Shown here in pieces: positions 1 through 11,599 of a stretch of 64,000 nucleotides of DNA. How positions within the stretch are numbered: the first letter of the stretch is position 1; the number at the start of each line of letters is the position of its first letter. The translations under genes and the position numbers were made by a program. The notes under the pieces are model-generated. The model saw nothing but the letters and a program-made list of their open reading frames with translations, was not told the origin of the DNA and searched no databases. Source of the stretch: Flectonema sp. DT1601 (taxonomy: Eukaryota); assembly GCA_964019425.1 (NCBI GenBank), contig OZ025790.1, positions 124,001 to 188,000 on the forward strand. The letters run 5' to 3'.

Positions 1-2104
1 GGTTTTGATAGCCTGTGTTGTCTTATTTGGTATTATTTTTCTATGAGTTCAGCTGCTTTTGGGTAGGGAATAGGAAGAGATATTTAATAGCTGTGATTTT
101 TTTTTCTCGACAACACAAAACCTTGGGTAGGAAATAAAAAGCAGACACATTTTGATCGTGAAGAAATATTTTTGTGTTTTTTTCTTTTTTTTTTTTTGTG
201 ATCATTGAATATTGTTACTTTATTTATTTGTTTATTTTTTCCCCAACTCACTCGGAGAAACATTTTTTTTTTTTTTTTTTTTTTTGTTAGTAGCATTCGG
301 AACTGTGGAAGTGACTGAGAGAGAGAGAAAACGGGAAGGAAAAAAATAAAAATAACGAACCAGAAACAAGATTCTTGGCCTCCCTATTGATCATTTATAA
401 AACACAAAAAATAATTTTGTCTGCGCCTCACTTGAACTGCAAGTCTGTTGGAAACTTAAAATTAATCTCTATTGCTGTAGTCAGTTTAGTCAGCTTTGAC
501 AAAACCGAGTTGCTAAGAAAGGATGGATTTCGTATAAAAAATAAAAAACGACGTTAGCTTAGTCAATCAAAAAAAATCGTAGGAAAACAAACAAACAATG
601 GTTTGGTTTCGGGCTAAAATTGACCACCGGGTCGGGTAGCTATTTGAGGGTCTCCAAAACTGCGGTAGAATGTTGAACCTAATCTCAAGAGAAATACTTC
701 ATTAGAACAATATTGAATGCAGTTTTTTTATAAAAAAGTTTTCAGCACCTCGTCCGACCAATTCTTCTGTTGATTGAACTGTTTAGTACAAAAGAAAAAA
801 AAAATTTAAAAAAAAAAATAGAACAAACACCCGGACGCTATTTAAAAAAGAATGAAGACGACAAAGAGGGATTAAACGTAGAGGGAAAAATAAAACATAA
901 AGTTTGCATCCCCCAAATGGAGCTACTCTTAGTCAATAATCATTTGTTTTTTTATTTTTGTATTATTTATCCAAGTCCCCCCTCCTCTCCCTTGTTTCTG
1001 TCATTCGCACATCGAATTCCCAAAAAAGGTAAATCCTCAAACACATCTAAAAATAAGAGGGGAAATATCCCTCAAACTGCTCATCAATTAAAAGGAAGGA
1101 AAAGGAACACCTCTTCTTGATGTCCCCATAGGAATCGTTAACTTGTTCTCTCGATGAGGCGACTCAGTTTCAGTCGACTACAAAAACAGTTAACTACACA
1201 ACAGAGAGATCCAACGTGACACACTTTCGGAAAAGTAAAGTGAAGCGAATATAGAAAGGTGAAATATGAGTTCTACTGTTTTAGTTCAATTGCGTAATTG
1301 GGAATTACGAAAAAATGTAAAAAAAGACATAATTGACTCTTCACCATTACAAAGAAAACAAGTCGTGCTGTATGGTTATCACATTATCCCTGGTACAGGT
1401 GAGTAGATGGGTTGTCTTTTTTTTTTTTGTTTGTTTGTTTGTTTGCTTTGAAGGGAAAGACAATTTCTTCGAACAACACAAGTCGCACAGTGAAAAAAAA
1501 AAAAATTTTTTTTCCAACTCAAGAGGTGTAAGGGAAGATTCTGCTACACAGCAGGAAAGAATAAAACAATCAAAATATAAAGTTAAACAGCAATATGATC
1601 AAGAAAAAAAAGAATAAAAAAAATTTAATTGAATCGCCAGTACGGAAAACTAAGTACAGTGATGAATTTATGCTGCTTAACTTTCATTGTTTTTCTTCGT
1701 TTCAATCAAAGTGTCTTTATACAAGTAAATGTCAATTAAATCATAATAATAAAAAACCACGCTGAAATTAAACAACAGAACAGGAGGTTTGAGATTGTCA
1801 GAAAGCTACCAAAAATGGGTACTGCAGGATACGGATACTCAAATGCCTTTATAGGTACGAAGGGAAAACTACGTAAACCCTTAGCGTAATCACCGACCAA
1901 AAAAAACGAAGTAGGGGCTGCAAACATCAAAAGAGAGAATGGAATCGCGACAAAGGGCAAAAAAAGATATTGCAATGATTCTTTGCAATAGAAAACGTAG
2001 AAATATTCTAAAAAATAAAAAATAACAGTAATAAACTACTACTACTCACTACCAATAATAAGGGATAAATAACGAATATGTTTCCAACTACGAACAGTCA
2101 GATA

Positions 2105-4789
2105 TCAAAATGAAGGACAAGGCTCAGATCCCATATCAATAAGCTCTCCTCGTTCACCAACTTTTGGCTGGCAGTTGTTCATCCAAATACGACAACCAAA
2201 CCTGGCATGAGCATGGTGGACGAGAGGAGCAAAGTCTGGGTGAGTTACCGAACTTGAAAAGTGAAACGTCATTTTCTTTTTATCAACTTGATACTCAGCA
2301 CGGTGCAACTCCACTGGGATTGAAGACTGCGCCACATATGATTGCATATATTCAAGAGCATTATTCTCTTCAGACACTAAGTTCCTCCAGTGGATTATTT
2401 CATCAGAGTTAGCTACTCGTTGAATTCGACATCTGTCTGACAGACGACCTCCTTGACGAGCACCAACAACAAGACCAACATCCATACCATCAGGGTGTTC
2501 AATAATAACGTGTGTTCCTGGCTGTACTTTTAATGTACTAGCGTACTCTCCTCTCCTTCCATGTTTAAACATAACAGCGAGTCTCATACAAGGACCATGA
2601 ACTGCTATTGGTTGTTGTGGTACGACTGCAGGAACAGCAGTCTGAGTCTGAATAAGAGTCATCTGCGTGTATGAATCAGGTGGTGTTGCCGGGATACTCG
2701 GTGGTGTCGAGGTAGTGTATGTAACAGGCATTGAAGGAGGTGTTGAAGTCACTGATAGCCTTCTTTCATTCTTCGCATAATTACTCATGTCACTACAATC
2801 AGATAATGATCTCCCATGAAGGAAGTTATTCGAATGATGTGTTTGATCTGATGATATTAAAGTTGGTCTACTGCAATCTGTAATGTCACTGTGAACAGTT
2901 GATGATGGAGAAGGAGGAACATTATTTTGATAATAAAAAAACGGATCCTGAGATGCATACGAACTAGCACCACTATGAATATCATACGCTCCTGTTGAAA
3001 CAGAAGAAGCACCAGAAGTATGAGACTGAACTTCAACATCATCATCACCTGTGTCATAAGGATTGTGACTTCTCCATGTTGGTGCTGATCCTGAACTCGA
3101 TCCTCCTTCAGAACCAGTTCTTGGTCTGGTCTCAACATTTAAAGGAGCAGCAACTTTCTTTCCACTGCAGCTTGTTTCTGTTGCTGCTGCCAGTGTTTTC
3201 GCAGTCACTGGAACAACAGGTTTACTAATCTGAGCCTTGCCACCAACACTATGAGAACCATATCCTCCTTGTACAAATGGAAGACCTGATCCCTTAGTAT
3301 TACTCGATACACACATTCTCGCTAATACTTTTAACATTTCCTTTCTTGCTTGACCTGTCGGTTCAACAATCCTAGCAGAGATATCATGACTGTTGTTATC
3401 TCTTCCAGTGAGGACTCTATCATGAAATTTAATAGTTGTGCAAGCTTCAATTTCAAGGGAATTGTTTGCCCACCATTGAAGCTTACCATCAACAAGACAT
3501 AAAAGTGATGTGTCTCCATCAGAGTCTTGAAAACTAATTTGTAAAACAGGTTGTGAAGAAGGAGAAGGTATTTCTGTCGGAACAGATGTAGATTTAACTC
3601 CGTTATTCGACAGCGATAACACATCTGATGAAGATTTCCTTTCCAATCCTCTTCCTTTTCCCTTAACTGATACGGGAAGACCAGTTGTTGGAATCTTACA
3701 TTTGGTTGCTAAGTTAACAATCTCTTTGACTAATGCTATTCTTTTTATTCCAACTTCAGGAGTTTCTATTTCAACTTCTTTAGTAGCAGTCATCAATGTC
3801 GATCCTTCGTAATTGAGACACGTGACAACTTCATTTTCATCTCCCTGAATCCATTCCAACCTCGATCCCTTATTTGTGTTAATAACCTTAAGTTGGACTT
3901 CTTCACCTCCTAAGATAGTAAATTTAATTTCATCTTTATTTCTGTAGTTATTCATAGTTTTTAAACGAGTTGCTCCCGGAGTTGATCTCGTGTTTGGTGA
4001 TAATCCTTGACCAGCACCGTTTGGCCATTTATTAGTTTCTCTCCATTTTTGAATTTTTAAATGAGGTGCGAGATACCCCTGAGGTTTAGCAAAAGATCCT
4101 GCGTATGGATGTCGACGTAAATCAGTAGTATCAGGAACTCTGATTACTTCTAAATCAGTTTTTGTTCTCGGTTTCCGAGTGTAATTCAATGCCATTATAG
4201 GTTGCAATGGTTTGTTTGTTGGGTTTCTTGAATCATGTCGAAGCTCCAGTATTATTGAATGTTCTTCACAAGAACTGAATGTTTTTATAACAACTAATAC
4301 GCTGCTTTGTAATTCTTGAAGGAGGACGCGTTCTACATCTCGGCATCGGATAACTCTGTTGATGGTGGCGTTGAGATCACAAATAAACAAGAATTCAGCA
4401 GTGATTGCAAGAACGCGCTCTTGTTTTCTATCTCCCTTCGATGATAAGATAATTTTGTCAACAATCCTCCAGCAGTAGCAACCAACACGAGCCATTTCAG
4501 AGAATTTTTCAGCAAAATCTGCCGGAGGACTGACCCGTCCGACAATTGGCCATTCTTCTCCTCCATCAGGGGAGCGAGTTGAGATAATTTCAAATGGAAG
4601 ATGCGACAATAAAACTGGTTTCTTCACTACCGGTGGGGTTGGTTGTACTGCTGGAGCTGATACTGTTGCTGCTGGTTCAACGCTCCCACCCTTTAGCCTC
4701 ATTAATTCATCCTTTAACTTTAACAATTCTTCATCTTTGGCAGCCAACTGAGCCAGCAGCTCATTTTGTTTCTCGCCATTTTCGGCCAT
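2105..4789 (-). CDS. PSP1 C-terminal domain protein (~894 aa) with N-terminal coiled coil, PH-like region and Ser-rich linker
   Basis: Long ORF 2105..4906. Its first 39 codons are poly-A/T junk, so the start is placed at ATG 4789 (MAENGEK). The C-terminus 'VMFKHGRRGEY...GTHVIIEHPDGMDVGLV...EYQVDKKKMTFHFSS...DFAPLV...FGCRIWM' matches the PSP1 C-terminal motif pattern. Confidence 0.85.
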   Translation of the reverse strand: MAENGEKQNELLAQLAAKDEELLKLKDELMRLKGGSVEPAATVSAPAVQPTPPVVKKPVLLSHLPFEIISTRSPDGGEEWPIVGRVSPPADFAEKFSEMARVGCYCWRIVDKIILSSKGDRKQERVLAITAEFLFICDLNATINRVIRCRDVERVLLQELQSSVLVVIKTFSSCEEHSIILELRHDSRNPTNKPLQPIMALNYTRKPRTKTDLEVIRVPDTTDLRRHPYAGSFAKPQGYLAPHLKIQKWRETNKWPNGAGQGLSPNTRSTPGATRLKTMNNYRNKDEIKFTILGGEEVQLKVINTNKGSRLEWIQGDENEVVTCLNYEGSTLMTATKEVEIETPEVGIKRIALVKEIVNLATKCKIPTTGLPVSVKGKGRGLERKSSSDVLSLSNNGVKSTSVPTEIPSPSSQPVLQISFQDSDGDTSLLCLVDGKLQWWANNSLEIEACTTIKFHDRVLTGRDNNSHDISARIVEPTGQARKEMLKVLARMCVSSNTKGSGLPFVQGGYGSHSVGGKAQISKPVVPVTAKTLAAATETSCSGKKVAAPLNVETRPRTGSEGGSSSGSAPTWRSHNPYDTGDDDVEVQSHTSGASSVSTGAYDIHSGASSYASQDPFFYYQNNVPPSPSSTVHSDITDCSRPTLISSDQTHHSNNFLHGRSLSDCSDMSNYAKNERRLSVTSTPPSMPVTYTTSTPPSIPATPPDSYTQMTLIQTQTAVPAVVPQQPIAVHGPCMRLAVMFKHGRRGEYASTLKVQPGTHVIIEHPDGMDVGLVVGARQGGRLSDRCRIQRVANSDEIIHWRNLVSEENNALEYMQSYVAQSSIPVELHRAEYQVDKKKMTFHFSSSVTHPDFAPLVHHAHARFGCRIWMNNCQPKVGERGELIDMGSEPCPSF

Positions 4790-4792
4790 CAC

Positions 4793-4825
<33 letters not shown>

Positions 4826-5485
4826 CCTACTCTCCCCACCCACTGGATTATAACAAAAAATAAAAATAAAATAAACACCAAAAAAAGAAAAAAACCATAA
4901 ATTCAAATGAATATGAAGAACGGGATGTGCTCAGACTCTCCGATGAGAATTGTAATCAAAGAACGGGTTGTCCTTTCTTTCTTTTTTTTTTTTTTTTTAT
5001 TCAACAAACGTGTTAACAAAACACAAATATTATCCAACAATAATCCTCATCGAAAATAGTTTCACAGTATCTGCAGCATGTCGCCAATAGTAAGAAGGTC
5101 AGTGTGAGATAAGACAAACTTATGAAGGTATTCTAAGGCAAGGAAAAAAAAAAAAAAAAAAGGAATTGTGTGTTTATATATAACGATAATTTAATTAAAA
5201 GGGAAGAAATTTTTTATAAAAAAAAAATTGAAACAACAAGAAGTGCAGGTGCGATAAAAAATATGATAACATGCAACCACAACCACGGGATCTCAATCTC
5301 GAGTTTGTTCTTGTCTGTTTTTTTTTCGACAGTATAAAGTAGTGTGTTATATTTATGTGGTAAAACAAGATTCAGATATTCCGCACAGATCCTTCCAACG
5401 TGCTAATCATGCTGTCGTCGCTGAGGAGCGATTTGACGAAATATATAAAATAGCGATCACAGAAAAGTATTGTGACGCTCTCAAC

Positions 5486-8400
5486 TTAACAATTAAACAG
5501 AAATGACAACTGTCCCTCAGGAATGGAACGTTTTTTAGGAGAAACAGCTCGATCAGCGACGAGGCTCAAAAACGATAAATCTCGTTGACGATGAGTTCGT
5601 TTCGAAGATGACGTCAAAACCTTCGGTGTGTTGGTTTTCAAATCATCCCACATCCTGTTTTCTAATGGAATAAAATCCGGAACTGGATCGACATCATCCA
5701 CAACATTCAAAAATGAAGAACAACAACCACACTTACTACAGGTGTGCGCTAAGTGGTTAGAATTAACTGAAGGATCAACTTGTGACCTGAAAACTACTTT
5801 TTTCAAAGAGAAGGCGGTTCCACAACAAGAAGACAACGGACAACTTGTGCAAACCACATACGACATACACACACCACATTGATATCCTACATCAGTAGGT
5901 TCCTTACACACTGAACACAAAGGACTTTGAGATCCACGAAGACAGGTCGGATTAGAATTCATTCTTACTATAGTACTACAGCTGCTGCATATAACTGTTT
6001 CAGAATGGTCAGGTGGTACAAAAGCCCATTCTCCACAGTCGCATTTCTTTAATCTCCCGTCTTGTTCAAAAGCAGCTTCACACTGAATGTGAAGTTGTTG
6101 TAGAACACCTGGACAGCCGAATGTTCTTATTTCTGGTAATCGTAATAATTCATAGCACAGAGGGCATCTTAATCCTTTTAAAGTACTAACACATTCCTTA
6201 TGAATGTGATGACCACATGAGAGCAGCATTCTAGGTGAGCTCTCAACAGAGCAGCATTGAATTGGTTTGATGTCGGGTTGTCCGCGAACGTCTGGACCAG
6301 ATCTAAAAACTGTATCAGAATTATAAGAAATATTTAAAATGTTCATCGCGTTTGTTAATTCTCCTTTCGATCCGACTAATTTTAACTCAGCAGCTCTGAA
6401 ACCATTATTTGATTCGATTTTAATATTTTCAACTCCACAAGCAGCTGACACTGCTGCTGCTACAAGACCGCAATCTGAAGTAATTCCTTTCTCTGTTTCG
6501 TTTGATATTTCACAAATTAATGAATTCTCACTTCCGAAATCATTCATTTTATTATTCAACATCTTCATGACTTCTGAAACTTCTAATGGAAGACCTTCAA
6601 CTGTACAGTCATCCCAGTTAATAATAACACTTCGGTTTGTCGATGACAGACGTTGTTTAAATTTGAAAATATCAAATCTGGTGAAATTACTTTGAAGCTT
6701 CAAAGCTTTCAAGTCTTGTCGGGTACGTCTAATGTCGAAGAGAACTGAAGTGAGTGAATCTCTCCATTCATTTTTTAAGAATGAAATTTGTTTTTCCAAC
6801 TTAAGAAGAAGGAAGTTCACATCCACGGATACAAATCTATCAAAGAAAGGAGCTCTGGTGTTCGTTTCTTTACATAGTTTTGAAAGAAGTTTAAAACGAC
6901 GAATATCTGAACACATTGGTATACATGCCTTAGTGGTGTCAAGCTTAACACGAAGTATATTGGAGTCAATATCGAAATCAATTTCCGATACCGGAAGATT
7001 TTCAAAATATAACTTTTGTTCCCTAACATGAAACACTTTATCCTTATCACTTTCAACGTCGTGAATAGTAAGACTTTGTGGTACTTCTGTTTCAGAAAAT
7101 GACTTAGCCTCACTTAGTAAGACTTCAACTTCCTGACGTAAACCTGACATCGATTGAGAACAGTTTTCTATTAATAATTTTATTTTTTCTTCAGCTCTTG
7201 TTACTGAGTCGTAGTCATCGCAATGTGATATTTGTGTTGATAAGTTCTGTACAAGAATAGTCTCACAAAGACTAATATATTTCAGCCTCACAAGAGTAAA
7301 TATTACATCATAACATCTGCTGTTATATTCATCACCGTACACGTTGGTACTTTGATCGGAAGGATGGAGTCTTTTCGACGTCGGACATAGTAATGTTGTG
7401 TGCCGACGTTGACCAACTACATCAACGTCAACAGAGAGACAGGAAGGGTAACCTGTTTCAGGATGTCCTTTGATAACACTCGACACCCATTTTCGCATTG
7501 CTTTAGAGAACGCTTTGATTGTTGGATTACCTCCGTCAGACGATTCATATTGCAGACATATAATTGCTTTCATAAAGACTCCTTTTTGACTTCTCTCGAC
7601 TCTTTCTAAGTCAGAGCTACAACCCCTCCACGAACTGTTTCCTTTAAAAGCAACACTACAGCTTCCATCTGAAGAACTCAATACAATTCCTATCGACGTA
7701 TCCGAAATCGATGAATACCGATATGTTGATTTATATGACGATGGTCGGATTCGAACTTCATCACCAATCTGAATATTATTATCAGACACTGAATCAGGAA
7801 GAAGTGTAACAGTCGTACCTGGATGGATTCCAAGTAGAGTGTTGGCGAGGTTCCAATCACTTGTTTGAAAACAGAACGGAGAGTTGAATTGTCGCAACAG
7901 ACCAGTCGAGTAGTCGTCTAAAGTAGTCCACATTAATGAGATTTGTTGTAAAGCTTCTTCGTCAGGGTCTTCAAGCTTTTGATCAATCACAGTTTTCTTA
8001 TCTACACAACTGACAGTTTGAAAACAACTCTCAGCTGCCTCAGCATCACTAAAGCCTTGATGTTTTATGAACGACTTCTTAACTCTGGAGAGTTGTTTTC
8101 GTATTTCCGAAAATACCAATCCAAGGTGATATTGTTGGTAGTTTTGTTGATATTTTTGAAAGCAATATCTGACCAACTCGATAATGGCTTCAGATTGTTT
8201 CACCGTCGAAGTGACTACTAAGTGATCGCTGTAAACATCAAGTTGTTCAGGTTTCTGTAATGGCTCCAGTAGTAATTGGAGTTTCTCAGCACACTTCATA
8301 GCAACAGGGGCTGTTGTTGGTATTGTTATTTGATAGGTTTCTGATATGTCGTTACACCGAGAGACCGCAGCAGCAACAGCACTAGACGATCCAAAGAAAT

Positions 8401-9826
8401 ATAACTTTGGACCATCATTGCTGCTGTTGTTAAGTTGCGTCTGTTCGAATTGTAAGCTTCGCAAATCGACTACTTCTAAACTACTCCAAGGTAGGATGTC
8501 ACTGTTGTTTCCATTTCCACTCAAAGCAATGTTACAAGTTCTGTCTTTCTGGTTAATACTAAGAACTTCACCACACGTGTTATCTCGACGCATTCTAACA
8601 ACATCACCAACACGAACATCAGAAACAAGAATCTCTGGATTCACTTTCCTAATATCATAAAGTAAAGTTTCACTAGATTGAACATGTTTCATTGTTTTAT
8701 TACAGGCGTTGATTACGTATAGGCTTCCTGGGCTTTGTGATAAGGGTGTTGTTAGCTTGCCTCTGTGTCTTGTAATGAATTCTATTAGATGAGAGTCAGA
8801 AGGAACAAAACTCGTCCATGACTTTGATTCTGATTCTCGTTTTCGATATTCCCAAACTGGTTTTCGGATTTCAGTAACGTAGTCATCGTAGTGGATGCCA
8901 CATCCATTCTTTGATCCAATGTATCGAAGTGACAATCCTCCTTGTGGCATCTTCTTCTGAAGAACTACAGCAGTAGGTAGCCATTCTTGAACGTAGCTGG
9001 CTCCTACACCACAGGCGCAAAATGTAATTATGCTGCCCTTTTTATACCTACGACGGCGATAAAACACTGCAGTATCTGGAAACAGTTCTCTCGCTGCATA
9101 ACATAGTTCTCTAAGATCAGAAGACAAGTTAGATAAGTGAGTGAAATGATGAGACGTTAAATCAAATATTCGTATCTTTGATGCGGCGACTTCTGCAGCA
9201 AGGACCACAGCCTCATTGTCAGAGTATAAGTCGCAGGTAGTTGTCGAGGATGTTGCAGTGGATTCTTTTTTTAAGAATGCGGCTGGTACGAGTAAATCAC
9301 TTCTAGAAAGTCTTACTCTGTACAAACACCGACTGTAACTGTAATTATATCTACGAACAGCACCACATTCAACTGCTATGGGATACCTATCTCCGATGGT
9401 ACCCGAGGCACCGGCATGTGAGGAGATTCCACTGCGGAGATGTGAATTTTGCTTTTCAAGTTCAGATGTTAATTTTTTGTCTATCCGAACTCTAACACAA
9501 ATATTATTACCGACATCTGTTTGTTGTTGTTGTGGTGTACTTTCTGGAGTGATTGTTTCATTGCTGCTGTCTAGTTGTGATTGTGTCTCTGTTGGGTTCT
9601 TATTATCGTCTTTCATAATCTTTCTGGCAGCATTTGCTGAAAGGGGTCTTTTTAGAGTTTTTACAGATCGTAGCTTTACAAGTGTTCCGATTCCCAACGA
9701 TGCACATTGCTCACTAATCCATGTTTCTACCTCTCCTGAAAACTGTTCACACCCCGCTGGGAGCTCAACTGCGAAGGTTTGATCACTTGTGTGGGAGACA
9801 CTACCACCTGACCAGTATTTCCACAT
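5486..9826 (-). CDS. 1446-aa multidomain putative E3 ubiquitin ligase (WWE-like, MIB/HERC2-type SH3-like, RING, IBR-like and ZZ-like Cys clusters)
   Basis: Uninterrupted ORF. WWE-like 'VWEYRKRESESKSWTSF'; HERC2/KEG-type repeat 'GDEVRIRPS...IGIV...CSVAFKGNSSWRGCSSDLERV'; RING-like 'LSCGHHIHKECV...RCPLC'; then 'KCDC...VICSSC' and 'CSVC...YQCGVCMSYVVCTSC'. Confidence 0.75.
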   Translation of the reverse strand: MWKYWSGGSVSHTSDQTFAVELPAGCEQFSGEVETWISEQCASLGIGTLVKLRSVKTLKRPLSANAARKIMKDDNKNPTETQSQLDSSNETITPESTPQQQQTDVGNNICVRVRIDKKLTSELEKQNSHLRSGISSHAGASGTIGDRYPIAVECGAVRRYNYSYSRCLYRVRLSRSDLLVPAAFLKKESTATSSTTTCDLYSDNEAVVLAAEVAASKIRIFDLTSHHFTHLSNLSSDLRELCYAARELFPDTAVFYRRRRYKKGSIITFCACGVGASYVQEWLPTAVVLQKKMPQGGLSLRYIGSKNGCGIHYDDYVTEIRKPVWEYRKRESESKSWTSFVPSDSHLIEFITRHRGKLTTPLSQSPGSLYVINACNKTMKHVQSSETLLYDIRKVNPEILVSDVRVGDVVRMRRDNTCGEVLSINQKDRTCNIALSGNGNNSDILPWSSLEVVDLRSLQFEQTQLNNSSNDGPKLYFFGSSSAVAAAVSRCNDISETYQITIPTTAPVAMKCAEKLQLLLEPLQKPEQLDVYSDHLVVTSTVKQSEAIIELVRYCFQKYQQNYQQYHLGLVFSEIRKQLSRVKKSFIKHQGFSDAEAAESCFQTVSCVDKKTVIDQKLEDPDEEALQQISLMWTTLDDYSTGLLRQFNSPFCFQTSDWNLANTLLGIHPGTTVTLLPDSVSDNNIQIGDEVRIRPSSYKSTYRYSSISDTSIGIVLSSSDGSCSVAFKGNSSWRGCSSDLERVERSQKGVFMKAIICLQYESSDGGNPTIKAFSKAMRKWVSSVIKGHPETGYPSCLSVDVDVVGQRRHTTLLCPTSKRLHPSDQSTNVYGDEYNSRCYDVIFTLVRLKYISLCETILVQNLSTQISHCDDYDSVTRAEEKIKLLIENCSQSMSGLRQEVEVLLSEAKSFSETEVPQSLTIHDVESDKDKVFHVREQKLYFENLPVSEIDFDIDSNILRVKLDTTKACIPMCSDIRRFKLLSKLCKETNTRAPFFDRFVSVDVNFLLLKLEKQISFLKNEWRDSLTSVLFDIRRTRQDLKALKLQSNFTRFDIFKFKQRLSSTNRSVIINWDDCTVEGLPLEVSEVMKMLNNKMNDFGSENSLICEISNETEKGITSDCGLVAAAVSAACGVENIKIESNNGFRAAELKLVGSKGELTNAMNILNISYNSDTVFRSGPDVRGQPDIKPIQCCSVESSPRMLLSCGHHIHKECVSTLKGLRCPLCYELLRLPEIRTFGCPGVLQQLHIQCEAAFEQDGRLKKCDCGEWAFVPPDHSETVICSSCSTIVRMNSNPTCLRGSQSPLCSVCKEPTDVGYQCGVCMSYVVCTSCPLSSCCGTAFSLKKVVFRSQVDPSVNSNHLAHTCSKCGCCSSFLNVVDDVDPVPDFIPLENRMWDDLKTNTPKVLTSSSKRTHRQRDLSFLSLVADRAVSPKKRSIPEGQLSFLFNC

Positions 9827-11563
9827 GTACTACTTTTGTGTAGAGACTGTTGAAGAAAGATTTTTTAAACTAATTTGAATTTATTTCTATAAAAAGTAAA
9901 GATTATCTTTCGAAGCTGTTATTCAATTATTGGTTTCTGTGAAAATTATGAACTTTTTTTTTTTTTTTTTTAAAAACCCCAAAAAAGGGAAATGTGATTT
10001 TATTTTATTTTTTTTCTCTCCCATTTCGCAACAGCGTGAAAGTTATGTAAGAAAATGAGATCACTTAAAAAAGAAAACTGCATTGAGGAAGTAAGATTGT
10101 GAAAAACATCAAATAAATTGTTCCGTAGAAGTTAGTTATTATCAGTCAGTATCAAAAACAAAAAATTCAATCAAAAACTCGTAGGACAACTGCAAATTGC
10201 TCTGCGGTTGGTTTGTTAGAATGATTTTTTCCATGACTTTGTTTGAACAGAACACAATTGATGAAACTGATAATTATTTGGATGCAAAAAATTTCGTTCG
10301 TCTTGTTCAATACACACGAAGAACGCAATCTGAAAACAGCAGCCTTTTAGTATTAGTGAAAAAATTGTTTGTTTTTTTTAAAATAAATTTGCCCACGTGG
10401 GTTAGGTATGCGAAGCTTTTTTTTTTTTTTTTTTTTTTTCTTCTTCTTTTTTTGTTTTCTTTTCCGACTTTTCACAAATGATGTTGTTCGGAGAAAGGAG
10501 GGAGAAAAAAAAAAAAAGAAGAAGAAAGAAAAAAATAAGGAAAAAAAAAAATCATATTTAAACTAAACTAAAAAACAAGAGACGTAATTTGTTCATCATT
10601 TGTACTCACCGCAACATAGTGCACTTGAATATCAACAGGTTCTTTTTTTGAAAAGTAAGCGGTTTCCCAATATCTGCAAGAGGCTGATTGGGTTCAACAC
10701 AAAATCCCGACCGTGAGATGGTACCAACTTGCCGAGTAACGACCACGAACTGATTCTTTAATACGTATTTCAACGACGGAAATAAAAAAAATAATAAAAA
10801 TAAAAAAAAAAAAAAACAGAAAATAACCAAAATTAACAATTTTTTCACCCGCGGAAAAAAAAAAAATAAAAACAAAACACAACACCATGTGAGTGTCATT
10901 CCGTCTTCACGGAAAGACAATAATTCTGAGATTGGATTATGCAACACTCATATTGAATAACCTCCTTCACAAAGAAAGAAGAAAAAAAAAAATTAACAAC
11001 ATCAACAAACAGAAAATAAATAAAACAAATAAATGATTTTGTTTTTTGCGCACTGAGCCTGCTCGACATTCCCAAGGTTAAGAAGAAGATGAATAGCAAG
11101 CTCCCTTAGGTTTTAGATTTATAAAGTAAATCAAAACTACTTCCTCACATAATGTCATTCGCCTGCAAGGTGATATGAGCTAATCGCTAGCGATGCAACC
11201 AGTGTGGCTTCATGTATGCCAATATAAAAAAATAAAAAAAAAAAATGTAATGAGTAGTAATAATTTTTTTAGGTATTAATACAAAATGAATACCAAAAGT
11301 GCTTGACTGAAAAAAAAAAATATTACAGACCAGCACAAAGGGGGAAAACCCTAAAGACAGAAAACACAATCTGACAACTTCAGACATTTTTTTTTTTAAA
11401 AAAAAAAAAAAAAAGAAAGCAAAGTAAAGTAAAAGTAAAAGTAAAAATAAAGGGAAAGCCGATAAAGTTGAGTTTTGTTTGTGAACGAAAAAATCATGAT
11501 CTGACATCAGCTGAGAAACAAAAGCTAACAACAATCCCTAAACGCAAGTCCGTGAAATTGAGT

Positions 11564-11599
<36 letters not shown>

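Noticed and set aside
84..2000. Short ORFs rich in K/F, here and throughout the intergenic DNA
   Set aside because: They are translations of poly-A/poly-T tracts with no coding-like composition.
4790..4906. N-terminal extension of the 933-aa ORF
   Set aside because: It starts at a non-ATG codon and crosses a poly-A run; ATG 4789 is the more plausible start.
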